From an uncultured Ruminococcus sp. (GTDB lineage: Bacteria > Bacillota > Clostridia > Oscillospirales > Acutalibacteraceae), in the NCBI GenBank assembly GCA_902773025.1, contig CACYDC010000183.1:1-52577 (forward strand): a DNA stretch of 52,577 nt, read 5' to 3'. The position numbers and the translations under genes are program-made. Every line of letters starts with the position of its first letter. Within the stretch, counting starts at the first letter, position 1. Positions 45,289 to 52,577 of this stretch are shown here, piece after piece. The notes under the pieces were generated by a model. That model worked only from the letters and a program-made list of their open reading frames with translations. It was not told the DNA's origin and did no database searches.

Positions 45289-46566
45289 ATGTCTATGCAT
45301 AAAATCAGGATATCTCCCTCTGTACTCAGGGGAACCGTATCCGTTCCACCATCAAAAAGTGCTGCACACAGAGCAATAATCTGTGCGGCTCTTGCTCGGG
45401 GAAAAAGTATAATTTCACCTATCGAACTGTCAAACGATATCTTGGCAACGATAAGTTGTATGCGTAACCTGGGAGCAGAAATAGAACTTGACGGTACAAC
45501 TCTTACAGTTGACGGAACAAATGTTTTCTCTGTCAAAAATGTAACTCTTGACTGTGGTGAAAGCGGTTCAACTCTGAGATTCCTTGTCCCTGTAGCAGCG
45601 GCAGGCGGTGTAGCAGCTTGTTTTGTCGGTCACGGAAAACTTCCTGAACGGCCCATAGGTGTTTATACTGATTGTTTGCCGGAAAAGGGTGTAAAATGTG
45701 TTACAAAAGGCGGATTACCTCTTGAAATAAGCGGTAGGCTTAAAAGCGGTATTTATGAAATACCGGGAAATATCAGTTCTCAATTTATTACAGGACTGCT
45801 TCTTGCATTGCCGGTGCTCGACGGTGACAGCGAAATAAGACTGACATCTCCTGCACAGTCTGTGGGATATATCAGCATGACAATAAACGCAATGAAGGAT
45901 TTCGGTGTAAACGTTCAGCCATTGCAGGATGGATGGAAAATACCGGGTAATCAACAGTATATTTGCCGTAATTATAACGTGGAAGGTGACTGGTCACAGG
46001 CAGCTTTCTTTATGACAGCAGCAGCTCTCGGCGGAGAAATTTCCATAGATAACCTTTCCACATTGTCAGCACAAGGTGATAAGGAATGTATGGAAATATA
46101 CCGTAGATTAGGCGTTAGTATAAATGAAAATAATGGAATAATTATAATGAAACCTGGAAGTCTCAGAGGTATAGAAGTGGATGCTTCTGATATTCCGGAT
46201 ATGGTCCCTGCACTTGCAGCAGCTGCTGCAGTTGCTGAGGGAAGAACTGTTATCCGCGGAGCAGAACGTCTGAGGATCAAGGAATGTGATAGGCTTGCAG
46301 CAATGGCTGATGGTCTGACTAAGCTGGGAGCAAAAATAAAAGAAACATCTGATGGATTAATAATTGATGGAGTAAAAACACTGAGCGGAGGATTTGCCGA
46401 AGGCTATAACGATCACCGGGTCGTTATGTCGCTCTCGATGACTGCTGCGGCGTGCAGCGGAGATATTGTTCTTACTGATATGGAAAGCGTTAATAAATCG
46501 TATCCGTCATTTTTTGATGAATACAGAAGATTAGGAGGAATAGCTGATGTCATCATGGGGCAGTGA
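45289..46566 (+). CDS. aroA: 3-phosphoshikimate 1-carboxyvinyltransferase (EPSP synthase)
   Basis: PPSKSAAHRA, LDCGESGSTLRFL and RIKECDRL motifs. Confidence 0.93.
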   Translation: MSMHKIRISPSVLRGTVSVPPSKSAAHRAIICAALARGKSIISPIELSNDILATISCMRNLGAEIELDGTTLTVDGTNVFSVKNVTLDCGESGSTLRFLVPVAAAGGVAACFVGHGKLPERPIGVYTDCLPEKGVKCVTKGGLPLEISGRLKSGIYEIPGNISSQFITGLLLALPVLDGDSEIRLTSPAQSVGYISMTINAMKDFGVNVQPLQDGWKIPGNQQYICRNYNVEGDWSQAAFFMTAAALGGEISIDNLSTLSAQGDKECMEIYRRLGVSINENNGIIIMKPGSLRGIEVDASDIPDMVPALAAAAAVAEGRTVIRGAERLRIKECDRLAAMADGLTKLGAKIKETSDGLIIDGVKTLSGGFAEGYNDHRVVMSLSMTAAACSGDIVLTDMESVNKSYPSFFDEYRRLGGIADVIMGQ

Positions 46567-47623
46567 TATAAAAATATCAATATTTGGTGAAAGTCATGGC
46601 AACGGAATAGGTGTAGTTATAGACGGTCTTCCAGCAGGTGAAAAACTGAGCTTTGAAGAAATATATATACAGATGGCAAGGCGTGCGCCGGGAAAGGATA
46701 AAACCGCAACACCGCGTCTTGAGAAGGATTTACCGAGAATTCTTTCGGGGATATTAAATGATACTACGACAGGTGCACCGCTTTGCGCGGTAATAGATAA
46801 TACGAATACACGTTCGCAGGATTATGGAAATGTTATGTCGTGTCCACGTCCCGGTCATGCCGATTACACGGGTAATATACGTTACAAAGGATTTAACGAT
46901 ATCAGAGGAGGGGGACATTTTTCAGGCAGACTTACAGCACCATTGGTATTTGCAGGCGCGGTCTGCGAACAGATACTCAGACATAGAGGAATAAGAATTG
47001 CAGGACATATTTGTTCTGTCGGAAACATAAAAGATACACGTTTTGATCCGGTAGATATCCCGGATGAGCTTATTGATAGGCTGAATACTGCTTCTTTCGG
47101 GCTTATTGATCAGTCAAAGGAAGAGCCGATGCGTAATCTGATAGAAAAATGCCGTAAGGAGCTTGACAGCATAGGAGGTACGGTTGAGTGTGCCATAACA
47201 GGTATGCCGGCAGGAGCTGGTTCGCCAATGTTTGACGGTATAGAGAATATTATTTCTTCAATTGTATTCGGAATACCGGCAGTCAAGGGAATCGAATTCG
47301 GAGCAGGATTTTCCGTATCGGAAATGAGAGGCAGCGAAAATAACGATGAATTCTACTATGACGGTGATATGGTCAGAACACGGACAAATAATCATGGCGG
47401 TATTCTCGGGGGAATAAGCTCAGGTATGCCGATAATTTTTCGTACGGCTATCAAGCCCACGCCATCTGTCGCAAGACGGCAGAATACGGTAGATTTTGTG
47501 GAACATAAGGATACAGTACTTGAGATACATGGTCGTCATGATCCGTGTATAGTACCGAGAGCAGTACCGGTCGTAGAGGCAGCAGCTGCTGTAGCGGTAA
47601 TTAATCTTCTTGCACAGTCGTAG
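46547..47623 (+). CDS. aroC: Chorismate synthase
   Basis: FGESHG, RPGHADY and GGGHFSGR signatures. Confidence 0.93.
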   Translation: MSSWGSDIKISIFGESHGNGIGVVIDGLPAGEKLSFEEIYIQMARRAPGKDKTATPRLEKDLPRILSGILNDTTTGAPLCAVIDNTNTRSQDYGNVMSCPRPGHADYTGNIRYKGFNDIRGGGHFSGRLTAPLVFAGAVCEQILRHRGIRIAGHICSVGNIKDTRFDPVDIPDELIDRLNTASFGLIDQSKEEPMRNLIEKCRKELDSIGGTVECAITGMPAGAGSPMFDGIENIISSIVFGIPAVKGIEFGAGFSVSEMRGSENNDEFYYDGDMVRTRTNNHGGILGGISSGMPIIFRTAIKPTPSVARRQNTVDFVEHKDTVLEIHGRHDPCIVPRAVPVVEAAAAVAVINLLAQS

Positions 47624-47653
47624 AAGATGTGAAAAAATAAGGAAGTGAAACTG

Positions 47654-48787
47654 ATGGGTCTTAAGCCGATAAGAGATGAAATAGATCAGATAGATAAACA
47701 AATAATAGAGCTTTTTTCAAAGAGAATGGACTGCTCAAAAAAAGTAGCACAGTATAAGATGGAAAACAGCATGCCGATATTCAATTCAGATAGAGAGATG
47801 CAGGTTCTAGACCAGGTTGAGGTCAATGCAGGGGAGTATGGAGGAAGTGCAAGACTGCTGTATTCAACAATTATGGAGCTTAGCAGAGGTATACAGCATG
47901 ATATGCTCGGCAGTGGAGCAAAGATAAGAAATGAGATTTATTCAGCGAAGAAATATATTCCATTTGAGGATAAAACTATCAGAGTTGCATGTTTCGGAAC
48001 AAACGGAGCATATGCTCATAAAGCTGCAAAAAAAATATTTCCTGATTCGGAGCCGTTATTTTATTCACCGTTTAAGGAATTGTTTTCAGCAATACAGAAT
48101 GGTGAAGCAGATTTCGGAGTCATACCTATAGAAAACAGTTCAGCAGGTTCTGTGACAGAAGTATATGATCTGATGCTGAAATACCGTTTTCATATAGCAG
48201 CAGCAGCAGATATACCCGTAAACCACTGTCTTGCAGCGATAAAAGGAACTAAACCTGAAGAAATAAAGAAAGTGTACTCACATAGCCAGGCTTTGTCACA
48301 GTGTTCGGATTTCCTTAATTCACGTCCGGAAATTACAGCTAAGGAATATGCTAGTACTGCTCAGGCTGCAGAGCACGTAGCAGAGGTTGCAGATCATTCA
48401 ATTGCAGCAATATGTTCTCAAGAAGCAGCAGAGGAGAATAATTTAGAAATAATAGCCAGAGGTTTTCAGAATAACCCGAATAATACGACGAGGTTCATAG
48501 TAATATCAAAGGATATGTATATAGTTCCGGATGCTGAAAAAATCAGTCTGTGCTTTGCTTTGCCTCATGTTACAGGTTCACTGTATAGTGTACTATGCCG
48601 TTTTGCAGCGCATGGTCTTAATCTGACTAAAATAGAGTCAAGGCCAAAATACGGCAGTTCATTTGAGTATATGTTTTATCTTGACTTTACGGGGAACATT
48701 TTCAATAAGAAAACAATAAGTCTTATTTGTGCGTTGTCTGATGAGTTAACTGATTTTTCCTTTCTTGGGAATTATACAGAGAAATAA
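47654..48787 (+). CDS. pheA: Bifunctional chorismate mutase / prephenate dehydratase
   Basis: N-terminal CM_2 helix (IRDEIDQIDKQIIELFSKRM), PDT domain (GAYAH..., IPIENSSAGSV, TRF) and a C-terminal ACT domain. Confidence 0.88.
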   Translation: MGLKPIRDEIDQIDKQIIELFSKRMDCSKKVAQYKMENSMPIFNSDREMQVLDQVEVNAGEYGGSARLLYSTIMELSRGIQHDMLGSGAKIRNEIYSAKKYIPFEDKTIRVACFGTNGAYAHKAAKKIFPDSEPLFYSPFKELFSAIQNGEADFGVIPIENSSAGSVTEVYDLMLKYRFHIAAAADIPVNHCLAAIKGTKPEEIKKVYSHSQALSQCSDFLNSRPEITAKEYASTAQAAEHVAEVADHSIAAICSQEAAEENNLEIIARGFQNNPNNTTRFIVISKDMYIVPDAEKISLCFALPHVTGSLYSVLCRFAAHGLNLTKIESRPKYGSSFEYMFYLDFTGNIFNKKTISLICALSDELTDFSFLGNYTEK

Positions 48788-48821
48788 AAATGTCGGGTAA
48801 TACGAGAAAGAAGAACAAGGT

Positions 48822-50447
48822 ATGAAGTTCATTGGAAAAGCTTTAGCATTTGCATTATCAGCTGTGATTTCATGCGTAACAATTGCAAGTGTGAATACAC
48901 AGTCTACACAAGCTGCACTGTATAGGCGAAATGCTTTACAGCTAAAAATCAACAAAAACTCCATCACGCTCGGTAAAGGCGAAAACTTCACGCTTTTAGC
49001 TGATCAGGATGTCAGTTGGAGCAGTTCTGCGCCTAAAACTATTGCTGTAGATAAAAACGGTAGAACCAAAGCTGTGGGAACAGGTACTGCGCAGATCACC
49101 GCAAAGAGTAAAAATGGTATAGAGAGGTCATGCAGAATCACTGTAAAGGAATCACCTAAGACAGTGCGGTTATCTAAGACAGCGATAACAGTTGGAGTTG
49201 GTGAAAGATATGAGCTCACTTCGATAGTTCCGGACGGTACAGCAGCGGCAGTGCGTACATTTCGTACAAGTGACAGTAGTATTGTAAAGATGACAAAAAC
49301 GAATTGGACAGGTAAGTTCAAAGCTGTTAAAGAAGGGACAGCATGGGTAACCGTAAAGCTTTACAACGGAAAAGAAGCGAGCTGTAAGGTAACGGTAAAG
49401 AAAGCACCGAAAGCTGTACGGATAAAAACTGCAGCTATTACACTTGGAGTCGGAGAAAATTACGAACTGAATTCAATAATACCTGATGGAACGGCAGCTG
49501 CATCGCGCACATTCCGTACAAGTAACAGTGGCATAGTAAAGATGACAAAGACAAGTTGGACAGGTAAATTTAAAGCTGTTAAAGAAGGGACAGCATGGGT
49601 AACCGTAAAGCTTTACAACGGCAAAGAGGCAAGCTGTAGAATTACCGTAAAGAAAGCGCCGGCGAGAGTAGTGACTGACAGATGTTATATTGAGCTTAAC
49701 GTAGGAGATAAATCTGTTATAAAAGCAGTTTTTCCCGAAGGCAGCGGTTGTCTTGATAAACATTTTTACACTGATAAAAAGAATATATTGAAGATGAAGG
49801 TCAACGATAATGAGTGTGAGATCACAGCATTATCTGAAGGCACGGAAAATGTCAGGGTAAAAACATATAACGGCATGACTTCGTATTGTAGGGTGGTTGT
49901 TAAAAAGGAGCCTGATATTAAGGTAATAAACGGTGTAACCTATGTCAAGGGAGTTTTGGTTGCCAATAAAACGTATTCTCTTCCGTCATGGTACGGAAAC
50001 GGCTTACAGCCGGAAGCGCTTGAAGCGTTTAACAGAATGTCTGCGGATGCGGCAAATGAAGGCATACAGCTATATATTGTGTCAGGATTCAGAAGCTATG
50101 AGCTTCAGTCGTCAATATACAGCAATTCCTGTTACAAGAATGGTCAGAAGGTCGCAGACAGATCATCTGCGCGTCCGGGTCATTCTGAGCATCAGACAGG
50201 ACTTGCAATGGATATTAACAGTGTTTCGTATTATTTTGCGTTTTCACCGGAAGCAAAGTGGCTTGCAAAAAACTGTCATAAATATGGATTTATTATCAGA
50301 TATCCGGAAGGAAAGGAGGATATTACAGGTTATATGTATGAAAGCTGGCATATCCGCTATCTTGGCAAAGAACTTGCCGGTAAGCTGTACAGCAGTGGAC
50401 AGACACTTGAGGAGTATTTAGGAATAACCTCCAGATACTCTGACTGA
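48822..50447 (+). CDS. Secreted protein with multiple Big_2-like Ig repeats and a C-terminal VanY/M15B D-alanyl-D-alanine carboxypeptidase domain
   Basis: Signal peptide, about five Ig-like repeats, and an M15B pattern (SGFRSYELQ, SEHQTGLAMD, ESWHIRYLG). Confidence 0.8.
   Translation: MKFIGKALAFALSAVISCVTIASVNTQSTQAALYRRNALQLKINKNSITLGKGENFTLLADQDVSWSSSAPKTIAVDKNGRTKAVGTGTAQITAKSKNGIERSCRITVKESPKTVRLSKTAITVGVGERYELTSIVPDGTAAAVRTFRTSDSSIVKMTKTNWTGKFKAVKEGTAWVTVKLYNGKEASCKVTVKKAPKAVRIKTAAITLGVGENYELNSIIPDGTAAASRTFRTSNSGIVKMTKTSWTGKFKAVKEGTAWVTVKLYNGKEASCRITVKKAPARVVTDRCYIELNVGDKSVIKAVFPEGSGCLDKHFYTDKKNILKMKVNDNECEITALSEGTENVRVKTYNGMTSYCRVVVKKEPDIKVINGVTYVKGVLVANKTYSLPSWYGNGLQPEALEAFNRMSADAANEGIQLYIVSGFRSYELQSSIYSNSCYKNGQKVADRSSARPGHSEHQTGLAMDINSVSYYFAFSPEAKWLAKNCHKYGFIIRYPEGKEDITGYMYESWHIRYLGKELAGKLYSSGQTLEEYLGITSRYSD
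49320..49621 (+). repeat. Intragenic tandem repeat (252-nt period) encoding two near-identical Big_2 modules
   Basis: The 50-nt stretch AAAGCTGTTAAAGAAGGGACAGCATGGGTAACCGTAAAGCTTTACAACGG occurs identically at 49320-49369 and 49572-49621. Confidence 0.85.
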
Positions 50448-50558
50448 AATTTATATAAATAATTGCTTTTCTACACCGTTTCGCTTTGTTTTAACGTCAA
50501 ATTGATGGATCAGCATTAAAGTGTACCGGGGTGACAGGCATAGAAATGAGGTATAAAT

Positions 50559-51953
50559 ATGGATCATAAAATAACAGCATTTTTTAATAATGTAAAAGGT
50601 AAAACAGTTGCCTTCTGCGGTATCGGTGGAAGTAACCTTCCGCTGATCAGACTTTTTAAGAAATATGGGGCAAATGTGTTGGCCTGCGATAAAAGAGATC
50701 GCGAGGCTTTGGGAGAAAATGCAGAGATTGCCGGTCAGTATGGTGCTCAGCTGCGTTTGGGAGAAAACTATCTGAAAGATCTGGATGCCGATATTATTTT
50801 CCGCACTCCGGGTATGAAATTCGATATGCCGGAACTTGCGCAGGCAAGAAAAAAGGGTGCGGTTGTAACCAGTGAAATGGAGGTATTTTTTGATCTATGC
50901 CCGTGCAGAATTATTGCTGTAACAGGCAGTGACGGAAAAACGACAACAACAACTATTATTTCAGAAATACTTAAAGCGCAAGGATATAATGTGCATCTCG
51001 GCGGTAATATCGGAAAGCCGCTGCTTCCTGAAATTGAAAGCGTAACTCCGGAAGATATAGCAGTTGTCGAACTGTCAAGCTTTCAGCTTATATCAATGAG
51101 GAAAAGTCCGGATATTGCTGTGGTAACAAATCTTGCGCCCAATCATCTTGATATCCATAAGGATATGCAGGAATACATTGATTCAAAGAAGAATATTGTT
51201 CTTCATCAGAATGCTTTCGGCAGAGCTGTGCTTAATCTCGATAATGAGATTTCGTATTCATTTAAGGAAGAAGTAAGAGGAAGAACATATCTTTTCTCTA
51301 GAAAAAACAACGTAGAAAACGGTGCGTATCTCAGAGCTGACGGAACGATTGTAATGAATGAATACGGTAAGGAAACCGTTATAATGGATTCAGCTGATAT
51401 CAGGATTCCAGGACTTCATAATATAGAAAACTATCTTGCTGCGATCAGCGCAGTATGGGGTCTTGCAGATGTACAGACGATTAAAAGTGTTGCTGAAAAT
51501 TTTGGTGGAGTCGAACACCGTGCAGAGCTTGTAAGAATACTTGATGGCGTAAAATATTACAATGATGCTATCGGTACAAGTCCGACAAGAACTGTTAAGG
51601 GTATGCTTTCGCTGTTTGATCAAAAGATTATTCTGATCGCAGGCGGCTATGATAAACATATTCCATATGATGATATGGGCAAGGTTGTTCCCGAAACTGT
51701 AAAGGTGCTTATATTGTTTGGCGCAACGGCGGATAAGATCGAGGCTGCAACGAAAGCTGCTGAATCATATAAAGACGGAAATCCTGTAATAATCAGGGTA
51801 AATAATATGGAAGAAGCTGTAGCAGCAGCAAGAAGCAATGCAGTCAGCGGAGATATCGTAGCAATGTCACCTGCAAGTGCAAGCTTTGATATGTATAAGA
51901 ATTTTGCTGAAAAAGGTCTGCATTTCAAACGTATTGTAAATGAACTGAAATGA
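50559..51953 (+). CDS. murD: UDP-N-acetylmuramoylalanine--D-glutamate ligase
   Basis: GIGGSN Rossmann start, VTGSDGKTTT P-loop and the Mur ligase middle/C-terminal pattern. Confidence 0.93.
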   Translation: MDHKITAFFNNVKGKTVAFCGIGGSNLPLIRLFKKYGANVLACDKRDREALGENAEIAGQYGAQLRLGENYLKDLDADIIFRTPGMKFDMPELAQARKKGAVVTSEMEVFFDLCPCRIIAVTGSDGKTTTTTIISEILKAQGYNVHLGGNIGKPLLPEIESVTPEDIAVVELSSFQLISMRKSPDIAVVTNLAPNHLDIHKDMQEYIDSKKNIVLHQNAFGRAVLNLDNEISYSFKEEVRGRTYLFSRKNNVENGAYLRADGTIVMNEYGKETVIMDSADIRIPGLHNIENYLAAISAVWGLADVQTIKSVAENFGGVEHRAELVRILDGVKYYNDAIGTSPTRTVKGMLSLFDQKIILIAGGYDKHIPYDDMGKVVPETVKVLILFGATADKIEAATKAAESYKDGNPVIIRVNNMEEAVAAARSNAVSGDIVAMSPASASFDMYKNFAEKGLHFKRIVNELK

Positions 51954-51978
51954 TCAAAATAGTTAAAGGAGATCAAAA

Positions 51979-52577
51979 TTGGAAACAAAGGATATACTTA
52001 AAAGACTATGCTGCGATTTTGGGGTATCAGGCAGAGAAAACGAAATGTTTGAAACAGTCAGGGAGCTTTTGGGAGATAATGTCAGCGATATAAAACAGCT
52101 ACCGACAGGTACAGTAGTAGCGACAGCGGGGGATCCCGATTCAGAGTATCATATCATGCTTGATGCACATATCGACAGGATAGGTCTTGTTGTAACATAT
52201 ATAGATGATGAAGGCTTTATAAAAGCCGAACCGGTAGGTGGAATAGATCTGCGGGAGCTTCCGACAAGCGCCGTAACCGTAAAGGGTAAGCAGGAGCTTA
52301 CGGGAATCGTATGTGCATTGCCTCCTCATCTGACAAAAGAAGAGAAGGATATGACACGTGATAAGATATGGATCGATACGGGACTGTCTGCCGAGGAGGT
52401 AAAAAAATATGTATCACAGGGTGATACTGTCATACTGAAAAGCAGATACAGAGAAATGCTTGGAAATACTGCGGCGGCAGCTGCGCTTGATAATCGCAGC
52501 GGATGTGCTGCGCTGATAAAAACAGCTGAACTTCTGAAGGATAAAGAAATACGGAGCAAGGTGTCACTTGTATTTTC
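51979..52577 (+). CDS. M42 family metallopeptidase (FrvX/YsdC-like), 3'-truncated by the window edge
   Basis: Open frame from TTG 51979 behind AAGGAG. Carries FGVSGRE, LDAHIDRIGLVV and LDNRSGCAAL motifs. Absent from the ORF track because no stop lies within the window. Confidence 0.8.
   Translation, partial: METKDILKRLCCDFGVSGRENEMFETVRELLGDNVSDIKQLPTGTVVATAGDPDSEYHIMLDAHIDRIGLVVTYIDDEGFIKAEPVGGIDLRELPTSAVTVKGKQELTGIVCALPPHLTKEEKDMTRDKIWIDTGLSAEEVKKYVSQGDTVILKSRYREMLGNTAAAAALDNRSGCAALIKTAELLKDKEIRSKVSLVF

Noticed and set aside
1-52577. CRISPR arrays, tRNA/rRNA genes, transposases, integrases, reverse transcriptases (retron/DGR)
   Set aside because: I saw no regularly spaced direct repeats, no tRNA-like T-arm/acceptor signatures in the intergenic regions, and no ORF with the corresponding catalytic motifs. 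The only nuclease-like ORF is the HNH protein reported above.

Overview
This window looks like chromosomal DNA from a low-GC, spore-forming Firmicute. The gene order is Clostridia-type: yggS-sepF-divIVA-lspA-rluD and scpA-scpB-ytfI-ytfJ-dacB-rluB. Positions 1-25.7 kb and 45.2-52.6 kb are housekeeping genes (dnaE, corA, udp-like, miaA, DEAD-box helicase, efp, aroA-aroC-pheA, murD and others). The accessory part runs from 25.7 to 45.2 kb and has three components. (a) A membrane-anchored HNH protein whose start overlaps the rluB stop. (b) A minus-strand module made of an SdpR/ArsR-type regulator, small membrane proteins and an ABC-2 exporter. (c) A divergently transcribed, tightly packed single-strand operon of about 15.2 kb (29767-44982) for a phosphodiester-linked, teichoic-acid-like glycopolymer. 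That operon has a consensus promoter, a roughly 290-nt structured leader and a strong terminator. It combines two Stealth-type hexose-1-phosphate transferases, three TagF-like glycerophosphotransferase domains (two fused to GT2 domains, in a tandem paralogue array whose middle copy is truncated), an AT3 acyltransferase, a TagG/Wzm permease with no ATPase partner, and a terminal FkbH-like loader plus acyl carrier protein. This is my best candidate for an uncharacterised system. Two families of dispersed intergenic elements also stand out. One is a promoter/leader cassette, AACCGCA(AAGT) + hairpin + TTGCTTGTTGAAAGCA, found in front of three cell-envelope loci. The other is a roughly 155-bp palindromic MITE/REP-like element present as an inverted pair. 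I saw no rRNA, tRNA, CRISPR array, transposase, integrase or reverse transcriptase. All calls rest on motif recognition by eye in the supplied ORF translations and sequence; no database search was run.
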